Below are positions 8,039 to 15,449 of a stretch of DNA of 25,134 nt, piece by piece. A program made the translations under genes and the position numbers. The stretch's first letter is position 1. Each line of letters starts with the position of its first letter. This DNA is from a virus (lineage: Duplodnaviria; Heunggongvirae; Uroviricota; Caudoviricetes), in IMG/VR virus record IMGVR_UViG_2778261505_000007, positions 1 to 25,134 of that record. One strand, 5' to 3'. Below the pieces are notes generated by a model. The model searched no databases, was not told where the DNA came from, and worked only from the letters and a program-made list of their open reading frames with translations.

Positions 8039-8058
8039 GCGCGATAGCGCATTTTTTT
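8039..8058 (+). terminator. Weak putative terminator after the P-like gene
   Basis: Short GCGC-GATA-GCGC stem followed by ATTTTTTTA. The stem is only 4 bp. Confidence 0.3.
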
Positions 8059-8070
8059 ACGCTCAAATAA

Positions 8071-8085
8071 TTACCTATCAGGTAA
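8071..8085. promoter_or_regulatory. Operator-like palindrome (TTACC-TATCA-GGTAA)
   Basis: Perfect site 20 bp upstream of a -35-like TTGATT. Confidence 0.55.
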
Positions 8086-8104
8086 TAAAATATTCTAAAC
8101 TCTA

Positions 8105-8133
8105 TTGATTTCGTGTCTTATGTGGTTTTTAAT
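8105..8133 (+). promoter_or_regulatory. Putative promoter for the 8151-12117 operon
   Basis: -35 TTGATT (8105-8110), 17-bp spacer, -10 TTTAAT (8128-8133). Same geometry relative to the two palindromes as at P_L. Confidence 0.45.
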
Positions 8134-8147
8134 TACCTCAGAGGTAA
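8133..8147. promoter_or_regulatory. Operator-like palindrome (TTACC-TCAGA-GGTAA)
   Basis: Perfect site abutting the -10 and overlapping the Shine-Dalgarno of the 8151 gene; 62 bp centre-to-centre from the 8071 site. Confidence 0.55.
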
Positions 8148-8150
8148 ATC

Positions 8151-8498
8151 ATGAGAAAACAGATGCAGGCTCTTGGTCGACTCAAAACAGGCCAGATGAA
8201 CAAAACAGAATCTGCGTATTGCCAGCACCTTGAGCTGCGTAAACGTGCAGGGGAAATCGCCTGGTATCGATTCGAGGGTATCAAGCTGCGGTTAGCTAAT
8301 AACACGTTCTATACGCCCGATTTCGCTGTGATGCTCGCCACCGGCGAGATGGAGCTGCACGAAGTGAAAGGGGGATTCTGGACCGATGACGCCAGAGTGA
8401 AAACCAAAGTCGCCGCAGATCAGTATCCGTTCCGAATCATCGGGGTAACGGTTAAGCCAAAGAAAGCAGGTGGTGGCTGGAACATCGAAGAGTTCTGA
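8151..8498 (+). CDS. DUF1064-like phage protein
   Basis: 115-aa protein with a pattern typical of the DUF1064 family common in lambdoid replication/nin regions (YTPDF...HEVKGG). Family call is from memory, not a search. Confidence 0.55.
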   Translation: MRKQMQALGRLKTGQMNKTESAYCQHLELRKRAGEIAWYRFEGIKLRLANNTFYTPDFAVMLATGEMELHEVKGGFWTDDARVKTKVAADQYPFRIIGVTVKPKKAGGGWNIEEF

Positions 8499-8559
8499 AT
8501 CGACGATCTTTTTAGTTATCAATGTAATCAATAAGTTATGTGGATAAGCGAGGGTAAAG

Positions 8560-9165
8560 ATGGAAAGTAATATCAAAGAGTTAGTTGCCGCCGGGCATGA
8601 GATGGCTTCGGAACTGAAAGCAGAATGTGGTGCCGTTGATATGCGTAGTGTGGCAAAGCTGCTCAGCGATTTGGCAACGCAACTGGAAGTGCAACTGGCG
8701 CGTGCTAATGCGCTGGCGGCGGAGAATGCTCGCTACTCAATGTCAGCAGGGCAAGCAGACCAAAGAATGTCGGAGTCGTGCGCAGTTCGGGAGGCACTTG
8801 GGTTTAATCGGTCAGCTGACGACGTGTCACCATCTGACCTGGTAGATAAAATCAAATCTATCATAGCTGAATGTGATGCTATCCGTAGCGCACACCCTCA
8901 ACCACTTGGCCCTGTAATGGATGCTGCAATCGATGCATTTAATGCAGAGGAGATGCCTGAAACCGGAATGCTTAACGCGTACTTCATCCTGCGTGACAGC
9001 ATCACGGTGCAAACTCCGTCCACTGACGCCTTCCTGGCTGAAGTGCGGGCGCGGGGTGTGGAGATGTTTGCTGCCAGCCTGAAGGTTGTTGGTGGTCAAG
9101 AGCATCCATATTCATCGTTGGCTCACGAGTTCGCAACCCAGCTTCGCAAAGGAGGCAACCAGTGA
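8560..9165 (+). CDS. Hypothetical protein
   Basis: 201-aa ORF with good Shine-Dalgarno (GAGGGTAAAG ATG). No recognisable motif. Confidence 0.5.
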   Translation: MESNIKELVAAGHEMASELKAECGAVDMRSVAKLLSDLATQLEVQLARANALAAENARYSMSAGQADQRMSESCAVREALGFNRSADDVSPSDLVDKIKSIIAECDAIRSAHPQPLGPVMDAAIDAFNAEEMPETGMLNAYFILRDSITVQTPSTDAFLAEVRARGVEMFAASLKVVGGQEHPYSSLAHEFATQLRKGGNQ

Positions 9166-9806
9166 GTAACCGTTTTTACATGATGTGCTTGCGTGAAACT
9201 GTGGGTAATAACGCCTCATTCCATTGCCATAACGGCAATGGTTACAGTTCTGATATCGATCGCGCTCATGTTTACACGCTGGAAGAAGCCCAAAAAGCCT
9301 GGAATTGTGGGCGAGATATCGATCAGCCTGTTTGTGCCGATAGTGTGGATGCAATGGCTGTGTGGCACGTTGATTGCCAGTACATCCCTACAGAAAGCCT
9401 GATTGAGTCAGATTGCACTGCGTATGTGGCCTACAAAAAAGGTAGCTGGAACGGCAACGATGTTTACTGGCTTCAACACGGTGGATTGCCAACAGATGAC
9501 TTCAGTAAAGCGACCATCTTTAGCGTCGCCAACAAAAACGAACCAGGAATAGTTTGGTTGCCATTTTCCATTGCTGATGCAGCAAAGCGCCGGACGTTCA
9601 ATATCAATAACTTTAACCGCAGAACAATGGTTCAGGGCGCAGGTTTGGTCATGCCTGACTGGTTGAAAGAGCAGAACAGAAGAAAGAAGTCGCGAAGCGG
9701 GAAGGTGCGTTGGAATTGTCCGCATTGCGGAAAAATAACCTGGCAGTACAGCCCATATGATTTTGAAGGCTGTAGTGATTACAACTGTGAAGGATGGCGA
9801 GAATGA
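9162..9806 (+). CDS. Hypothetical Cys-rich protein with C-terminal zinc-ribbon-like motif
   Basis: 214-aa ORF with GTG start overlapping the previous stop and AAAGGAGG Shine-Dalgarno. C-terminus WNCPHCGKITWQYSPYDFEGCSDYNCEGW. Confidence 0.5.
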   Translation: MSNRFYMMCLRETVGNNASFHCHNGNGYSSDIDRAHVYTLEEAQKAWNCGRDIDQPVCADSVDAMAVWHVDCQYIPTESLIESDCTAYVAYKKGSWNGNDVYWLQHGGLPTDDFSKATIFSVANKNEPGIVWLPFSIADAAKRRTFNINNFNRRTMVQGAGLVMPDWLKEQNRRKKSRSGKVRWNCPHCGKITWQYSPYDFEGCSDYNCEGWRE

Positions 9807-10444
9807 CAATTGACTATCAGGTACTGCGTGAGGCGGCAGAAAAGGCAACGTGTGGTGAGTGGTCGCTCGAATATGGAAAGGGCCGATTTGATGGTGATGA
9901 TGCGCTAATTCATCGTGAAGTTGCTGGATATATTCCCATTTGCAGAATTGAAGGAGCGCATCCTGAAAGCGGTTTCGATGAAGATTTCCAAACTGAACAG
10001 CAGGCCAATGCTGAATTCATCGCCGCAGCCAGTCCAGCTACCGTGCTGGCGCTGCTGGACGAGCTGGAGCATTACAAATCACGCGAAGAGCGGGTTACAA
10101 AGCTGGTTATGGATAACTCGACAAGTTGGAATGCTCTCTACAAGAAACTGAAAGACGTAGAGAAGCGCATTGCAGAACTGGAAGCACGGGAAATAAAACC
10201 AGCCAAAGGTGAAGTTCTTGTCGTTGTTTCTGGTTTTACTGGTTGCGGAAAAAGCGCCATTGCCGGGGAAATAGAAATTGCGATGAAAGCTATTGGTGTA
10301 CCGGTACAGTGGACTAATGGCGATGCGGAAAAGCGCATGACAGGAGCTGACTGGCTGACAGCGATTGAGATGTACAAACCAACAGTGCGCATCGTGGAAG
10401 TTAATGTGCCACGCGCCGCTGGCATTCGCATCAAAGGAGAGTGA
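9794..10444 (+). CDS. Ead/Ea22-like protein
   Basis: Contains the segment ANAEFIAAASPATVLALLDELE characteristic of the lambdoid Ead/Ea22-like family, followed by a coiled-coil stretch. Confidence 0.6.
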   Translation: MARMTIDYQVLREAAEKATCGEWSLEYGKGRFDGDDALIHREVAGYIPICRIEGAHPESGFDEDFQTEQQANAEFIAAASPATVLALLDELEHYKSREERVTKLVMDNSTSWNALYKKLKDVEKRIAELEAREIKPAKGEVLVVVSGFTGCGKSAIAGEIEIAMKAIGVPVQWTNGDAEKRMTGADWLTAIEMYKPTVRIVEVNVPRAAGIRIKGE

Positions 10445-10445
10445 T

Positions 10446-10667
10446 ATGGCTAACTCATTACTTAAAACATGCAACAACTGGCAGATTCAGAGGGCGGAGA
10501 TTTTATCTCGCAATCCAGATATGGCAATGACAATTGATAACCTGGATACGCTAATTGAACGGACCGTGCGTTCTGCAATTGATATAGCACATCGAGTGGA
10601 TTGGGATTTCAGAGAAGCGGAGCGACTCGCTAAAGAGCAGGCGAAAGCAGCGGGAAAAGGAGAGTGA
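10446..10667 (+). CDS. Hypothetical protein (73 aa)
   Basis: ATG at 10446 with AGGAGAG Shine-Dalgarno; the ORF-track version starting at 10365 overlaps the previous gene. Confidence 0.45.
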   Translation: MANSLLKTCNNWQIQRAEILSRNPDMAMTIDNLDTLIERTVRSAIDIAHRVDWDFREAERLAKEQAKAAGKGE

Positions 10668-10668
10668 T

Positions 10669-11436
10669 ATGACCACTTTCACCGACAAAGAACTGATTAA
10701 AGAAATCAAAGAGCGTATCAGCAGCCTGGACGTTCGAGACAATATTGAACGCCGGGCTTATGAAATTGCACTGGCATCGCTGGAAGCAGATCCAGTTGCT
10801 TATATTTTCAAACATCCTGCCGGGAAATTATTCTGGGCTTTAACGGATGAAAGCAATAAAGAGCAACCGGACGTTATTCCTGTTTATGCTGACTCACCTG
10901 CGCCGGTTGTGCCGGATGAAATAGACGTAAACGATGTACCAAGGGCGGTGACATATTTCAAGACACACAGAGATTGTTACGCAGATGGCTGGAACGCCTG
11001 CCACGCTGCCATGCTTCAGGGTAGCCAACCTGTAAGCCAAACTTACAACTTGCCAGAATTAATCGAAGGCATGGAAGTTTCCATTGATGTAAGCACTTGT
11101 GATGCTGATTTAGGTAATCGCTATTTCGGCACCGTCACCGAGGCGTTAGAACTTGATACAGCCAAGAATGGTTACATCCTCCTGGTTCAGGACGCAGAGC
11201 CAAACTTCGATGTAAATGGCAACTCTCCGGTAACTCCGGATGGTTGGATAAGCTGTAGTGAGCGAATGCCGAACGAAGAAGATGTTTTGGTTTATTGCTC
11301 AGACACAAAAGAGCAGATGGTAGGGTTTCACAAAGGTAAAGGGTTATTTCAATTCTTTTACATGAATGGTGTTGAGGGGGTATGTGAGCCGTCACACTGG
11401 ATGCCGCTACCAGAGCCGCCGCAGGAGGTGAAGTGA
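10669..11436 (+). CDS. DUF551-like phage protein
   Basis: C-terminal region with the HWMPLPEPP signature of the DUF551 family. Confidence 0.6.
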   Translation: MTTFTDKELIKEIKERISSLDVRDNIERRAYEIALASLEADPVAYIFKHPAGKLFWALTDESNKEQPDVIPVYADSPAPVVPDEIDVNDVPRAVTYFKTHRDCYADGWNACHAAMLQGSQPVSQTYNLPELIEGMEVSIDVSTCDADLGNRYFGTVTEALELDTAKNGYILLVQDAEPNFDVNGNSPVTPDGWISCSERMPNEEDVLVYCSDTKEQMVGFHKGKGLFQFFYMNGVEGVCEPSHWMPLPEPPQEVK

Positions 11437-11786
11437 TGGACTATTCACAGTTAAGTGATTTTGAAATTAACAGAATGGTAGGAGACATAATTTTTAAAGG
11501 CCTTTGGGCGTGTAAACCGGAAACATCAGGGAATAACACCAACAAATGGTATTACGGAAATACTGATACAACTTTTGAGCCATTAAACCCTTTACCTGAC
11601 TACTGCAATAATCCATCGGATGCATGGCCTATTATTGTTGATAATAAAATCAGTCTAACCTGCCACCAATCTCGCGGTGAGTGGTCAGCTGTTTTTAATG
11701 CCGAGAACATTTGCTTTCATGCGAATAATCCACTCCGAGCCGCCATGATTGTATTTCTCATGATGCAGGAAAATCAGAATGGCTAA
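11436..11786 (+). CDS. NinX-like (DUF2591-like) protein
   Basis: N-terminus MDYSQLSDFEINRMV resembles the NinX family of lambdoid phages. AGGAGGTG Shine-Dalgarno; ATG overlaps the previous stop (TGATG). Confidence 0.55.
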   Translation: MDYSQLSDFEINRMVGDIIFKGLWACKPETSGNNTNKWYYGNTDTTFEPLNPLPDYCNNPSDAWPIIVDNKISLTCHQSRGEWSAVFNAENICFHANNPLRAAMIVFLMMQENQNG

Positions 11787-12117
11787 ATCAGCATCAGAGC
11801 GCAAAGCCGCTCAGAGAGCCAGACAAGCTGCATCTGGTGTGCGTAAGCTGGAGATTGTGCTTGATGCTCAGGAAATTGAAATGCTGGAGCGTAACTGTGC
11901 CACGCGTCGCCCCGGGCGTGCGCCTTACGAATTTGGGGAGTATATAGCGTTACTGATCCGCCAGGATGATGCACGCGTGCGCGGGCGTATAAAATCGATT
12001 AGCAGAAAACGTTGCGGTAAGTGCGGCGAGAAAGTTCCCGTTAATTCATGCCCGTGTAATGGTGACTCGCAATGCTGGGTGACTAAAGGCTGGCATGAAA
12101 CTAAATTAATAGTGTGA
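11779..12117 (+). CDS. Hypothetical basic protein with putative DNA-binding N-terminus and C-terminal Cys cluster
   Basis: 112-aa ORF; N-terminal basic/helical segment (SERKAAQRARQAASGVRKLEIVLDAQEIEMLER) and C-terminal CGKCGEK...CPCNGDSQC motif. Last gene before the terminator and the terminase genes. Confidence 0.45.
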   Translation: MAKSASERKAAQRARQAASGVRKLEIVLDAQEIEMLERNCATRRPGRAPYEFGEYIALLIRQDDARVRGRIKSISRKRCGKCGEKVPVNSCPCNGDSQCWVTKGWHETKLIV

Positions 12118-12166
12118 CATGTCACGAGTAGATTATGCATGATGAATTTGATGGGTTTTGAATACT

Positions 12167-12193
12167 GCCGCCAACTATGGCGGCTTTATTTTG
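12167..12193 (+). terminator. Rho-independent terminator upstream of the terminase genes
   Basis: Hairpin GCCGCC-AACTAT-GGCGGC followed by TTTATTTTG. Confidence 0.55.
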
Positions 12194-12203
12194 CATGGTA
12201 CTA

Positions 12204-12218
12204 TTACCACAACGGTAA
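12204..12218. promoter_or_regulatory. Operator-like palindrome (TTACC-ACAAC-GGTAA)
   Basis: Perfect site 18 bp upstream of the terminase small subunit ATG. Confidence 0.55.
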
Positions 12219-12221
12219 CAA

Positions 12222-12236
12222 TTACCAGGGTGGTTA
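12222..12236. promoter_or_regulatory. Operator-like palindrome (TTACC-AGGGT-GGTTA, one mismatch)
   Basis: Immediately adjacent second site, overlapping the terminase small subunit Shine-Dalgarno and start. Confidence 0.4.
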
Positions 12237-12832
12237 TGATGCCTGCTGAACCTAAAACCTATAAACGCAAATCAACGCAATTTAAGCCACTAACCGCAAT
12301 GCAGGAGGCTTATTGCCAGTCATACATCAAAACGCCTGAAAACCAGACTCAGGCAGCGATTAACGCAGGATTCTCCCCAAATACAGCGGCAGTTAAAGCC
12401 AGTGTCATGATGCGCGATGAACGCATTCAAAAACGGATTGCCGAGTTGATGGAGGAGCGCAACAAACGAATGCGCGTCAGTGCCGATTACGTTCTCATGC
12501 GCCTGGTGGAGATCGACCAGATGGACGTGATTGATATCCTCAACGACGATGGGAGCCTTAAGCCAATCCGCGAGTGGCCGAAAATCTGGCGCACTACGCT
12601 TAGTGGCTTTGATCTGTCATCGACCATCATGAACATGAACGAGGATTCGATAGAGACAATCCTCAAAAAAATTAAATGGCCTGACAAGGTGAAGAACCTC
12701 GAACTGATTGGTAAGCACGTCGACGTCAACGCATTCAAAGAACGCCTGGATGTTAATGTGAATGTGACAATTGCTGATCGCATAGCGGCAGCCAGGAAGC
12801 GACTCAAAGAACGTCAGGATGGTAATCAGTGA
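12236..12832 (+). CDS. Terminase small subunit
   Basis: Translation has the pattern typical of phage small terminases (LTAMQEAYCQSYIKTPENQTQAAINAGFSPNTAAVKASVMMRDERIQKRIAEL). True start is taken as ATG 12236/12239 because the ORF-track N-terminal extension runs through a terminator. Confidence 0.8.
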   Translation: MMPAEPKTYKRKSTQFKPLTAMQEAYCQSYIKTPENQTQAAINAGFSPNTAAVKASVMMRDERIQKRIAELMEERNKRMRVSADYVLMRLVEIDQMDVIDILNDDGSLKPIREWPKIWRTTLSGFDLSSTIMNMNEDSIETILKKIKWPDKVKNLELIGKHVDVNAFKERLDVNVNVTIADRIAAARKRLKERQDGNQ

Positions 12833-14298
12833 CAGATACAGCGTTATCTCCTGAAGAGCAGTTGATCGAGGATATTGCAGGGTTCACTCACGATCCGCTT
12901 GGCTATGCCCTCTATGCGTTCCCGTGGGGGGAAGAGGGGACTGAACTGGCACATGCTACCGGCCCACGTCAGTGGCAGGCTGATGCGTTCCGAGAGATAC
13001 GTGATCACCTGCAGAATCCAGAGACGCGCTATCAGCCGCTTATGCTGGCACGCGCTTCGGGTCACGGTATTGGTAAATCCGCATTCATCTCAATGCTGAT
13101 CAACTGGGGCATGTCCACTTGCGAGGATTGTAAGGTCGTGGTGACCGCCAACACCGACAACCAGCTACGAACGAAGACCTGGCCGGAAATTATCAAGTGG
13201 TCGAACCTTGCTATCACGAAAGACTGGTTTACCTGTACCGCTACCGCGATGTACAGCAATGACCCTGGGCACGACAAGCGGTGGCGAGCTGACGCAATCC
13301 CCTGGTCTGAGCACAACACTGAGGCATTCGCCGGACTACACAACGAGCGCAAACGCATCATCGTGGTATTCGACGAAGCATCCAACATTGCCGATCTGGT
13401 GTGGGAGGTAGCAGAGGGTGCGCTGACGGACGAAGACACTGAGATTATCTGGGTGGCATTCGGAAACCCTACACGTAACACCGGGCGTTTCCGCGAATGT
13501 TTCCGCAAATATAAACACCGCTGGAAAACTGCGCAGATTGACAGCCGGACGGTGGAAGGCACTAACAAACAGCAGTTGCAGAAATGGGTTGATGACTACG
13601 GGGAAGACAGCGACTTCGTTAAAATCCGTGTGCGCGGCATATTCCCTGATGCATCTGAATTGCAGTTTATCCCTACCGGTCTTACTGATGAGGCAATGAA
13701 ACGGGTGGTAACCGCTGCGCAGGTGGCGCATGCTCCGGTGATAATCGGTGTTGACCCGGCATATTCAGGCGTTGATGACGCGGTGATATACCTGCGGCAG
13801 GGGCTACACAGTAAGGTGCTGTGGACTGGCAACAAGACTACCGACGATCTGATTATGGCGAAGCGTATCGCTGACTTTGAAGACCAGTATCAGGCTGACG
13901 CGGTGTTCATCGACTTCGGTTACGGAACCGGTCTGAAGTCAATCGGTGACGGATGGGGTCGTACATGGCAACTTGTTCCGTTCGGTGGCGCGTCTACTGA
14001 CCCGCAGATGCTCAACAAGCGTGGGGAGATGTTCAATTCATGCAAGACATGGCTGAGGCTGGGCGGCATGCTGGATGACCAGGAAACAGCAGACGACCTG
14101 TCGGCGGCAGAGTACAAAGTTCGAGTGGACGGTAAAATCGTTATCGAACCGAAGGAAGATATCAAGGAGCGGCTTGGGCGTTCGCCGGGTAAAGGCGATG
14201 CGCTACTGCTGACGTTTGCGTTCCCGGTAGCCAAGAAAACTAATGACCCACGGCAGCAGCAGGGCAGGGCTATAACAGACTATGACCCATTTGAATGA
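12829..14298 (+). CDS. Terminase large subunit
   Basis: 489-aa protein with Walker A-like ATPase motif (ARASGHGIGKS), an acidic Walker B-like region (IIVVFDEAS) and a C-terminal nuclease-like region. GTG start overlaps the small subunit stop. Confidence 0.9.
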   Translation: MTDTALSPEEQLIEDIAGFTHDPLGYALYAFPWGEEGTELAHATGPRQWQADAFREIRDHLQNPETRYQPLMLARASGHGIGKSAFISMLINWGMSTCEDCKVVVTANTDNQLRTKTWPEIIKWSNLAITKDWFTCTATAMYSNDPGHDKRWRADAIPWSEHNTEAFAGLHNERKRIIVVFDEASNIADLVWEVAEGALTDEDTEIIWVAFGNPTRNTGRFRECFRKYKHRWKTAQIDSRTVEGTNKQQLQKWVDDYGEDSDFVKIRVRGIFPDASELQFIPTGLTDEAMKRVVTAAQVAHAPVIIGVDPAYSGVDDAVIYLRQGLHSKVLWTGNKTTDDLIMAKRIADFEDQYQADAVFIDFGYGTGLKSIGDGWGRTWQLVPFGGASTDPQMLNKRGEMFNSCKTWLRLGGMLDDQETADDLSAAEYKVRVDGKIVIEPKEDIKERLGRSPGKGDALLLTFAFPVAKKTNDPRQQQGRAITDYDPFE

Positions 14299-14301
14299 TT
14301 T

Positions 14302-15150
14302 TTACTTTTGTGTTTTTGATTTTCTTTGATGGGTGGAATTTAAACCACCATTTATATTTACTAGAGGATTATTCAATAATGTACTGATTTCTGGATTGTT
14401 AATTCCAGTAACGCCAAGTTTCTTTACGGACTCATTAAGGTCTTGTAATGATTTTAGACCTACAAACCCATTAGCAATTGTATTATTTGTTGCCAAAGGA
14501 ATGTTTTTCTTATAGGACTCATATTCGTTTTTTAAATTTTTGTGGGCTTTTTCTAGATTTTCTAGTTTAGATGTTGTTTCATGAATAACCTTAGATAATT
14601 CTAAAATACGAGCTTGTGCTGCGCGCAGTTCTGTCTCCCTCTCTTTCAATTCAGATGTGAGTTGTCCCATTCTGTCTTTTGAAAGAATTATTTCCTCTTT
14701 CATGTCTTGAATGTTTTTTTCAGCGCCTGTTTTTACTTTTTCGTAAGTAATGTCTTTTTTAGCCAGCAATCTCTGTAGCCGTGTTTCACGTTGTATTTTT
14801 CTTGCCTTCCGGTGATTTTCGATTGAGTCATTATTATCAAGAGGCTTTGCTTGCCATACGTTAATGATATTGTTTACCCATGGTAATAGGCAGCAGATAG
14901 TAATTACAGATAAGCATGGATAAAACATAACAGTTTTCCATGTGCTGTTATCTGAGATGTATGAAATTTTATCTATTATATTTGATTTGCTAAAAAATAG
15001 ATAAAGAAGTGATTTCCAGTTGAAGGCGCACCAGGACATAACAAAAGCACCTAGCACAGGGTTTTTAGCTCGATGCACGGCAGTATTGGCAGTAGATAAA
15101 AACAGCTCTTTGAACGATTCGAACATACTAATTACCTTAAAGTTTTTCAT
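14302..15150 (-). CDS. AT-rich gene: membrane-anchored coiled-coil protein of unknown function (about 282 aa)
   Basis: Opposite strand to all flanking late genes and visibly AT-rich. Two hydrophobic segments (PVLGAFVMSWCAFNWKSLLYLFF; TVMFYPCLSVITICCLLPWVNNIINVW) followed by a long charged heptad-like region. Preferred start ATG 15150 (AAGGT Shine-Dalgarno); the longer track ORF to 15222 would translate through a terminator hairpin. Confidence 0.6.
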   Translation of the reverse strand: MKNFKVISMFESFKELFLSTANTAVHRAKNPVLGAFVMSWCAFNWKSLLYLFFSKSNIIDKISYISDNSTWKTVMFYPCLSVITICCLLPWVNNIINVWQAKPLDNNDSIENHRKARKIQRETRLQRLLAKKDITYEKVKTGAEKNIQDMKEEIILSKDRMGQLTSELKERETELRAAQARILELSKVIHETTSKLENLEKAHKNLKNEYESYKKNIPLATNNTIANGFVGLKSLQDLNESVKKLGVTGINNPEISTLLNNPLVNINGGLNSTHQRKSKTQK

Positions 15151-15154
15151 GATT

Positions 15155-15169
15155 ATACCTTTAAGGTAA
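15155..15169. promoter_or_regulatory. Operator-like palindrome (ATACC-TTTAA-GGTAA, one mismatch)
   Basis: Overlaps the Shine-Dalgarno/promoter region of the AT-rich gene. A TTACC half-site also at 15132-15136. Confidence 0.4.
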
Positions 15170-15184
15170 TTTGTGGTCATCAGG

Positions 15185-15209
15185 CAAAAAAATGCCCGGC
15201 GAACCGGGC
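15185..15209 (-). terminator. Rho-independent terminator downstream of the tRNA
   Basis: On the minus strand, hairpin GCCCGG-TTCG-CCGGGC followed by ATTTTTTT. Confidence 0.55.
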
Positions 15210-15372
15210 GAACTGGAAGCAATGAGTTATGCCTTCCGTGGCTGTACGGGTTTACAGCATGAAGTCATCGCAATGGCGTCCTGCTGTAAAAAGGGCGGTG
15301 ATAGTCCTTCAAGGGAAACCATCACCGCCAAGCCCCTGGAACTTCTGGCATCACGGTCCTTAGGCGTGATTC

Positions 15373-15449
15373 TGGCGCGGCATGCAGGATTCGAACCTGC
15401 GACCAACCGCTTAGAAGGCGGTTGCTCTGTCCAACTGAGCTAATGCCAC
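15373..15449 (-). tRNA. tRNA-Arg (anticodon UCU)
   Basis: Minus-strand 77-nt sequence GTGGCATTAGCTCAGTTGGACAGAGCAACCGCCTTCTAAGCGGTTGGTCGCAGGTTCGAATCCTGCATGCCGCGCCA folds by hand into a cloverleaf: 7-bp acceptor stem, GTTCGAATCC T-arm, anticodon loop CTTCTAA, encoded CCA. Related to but distinct from the host argU sequence as I recall it. Confidence 0.9.

Noticed and set aside
12113-12124. Perfect 12-bp palindrome GTGACATGTCAC at the end of the last nin-like gene
   Set aside because: A single 12-bp palindrome is expected several times by chance in 25 kb and it is not repeated elsewhere; no evidence it is a pac/cos or regulatory site.
15171-15443. 90-aa plus-strand ORF overlapping the tRNA and terminator
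   Set aside because: It overlaps a confidently folded tRNA and a terminator hairpin on the opposite strand; an ORF-finder artefact.
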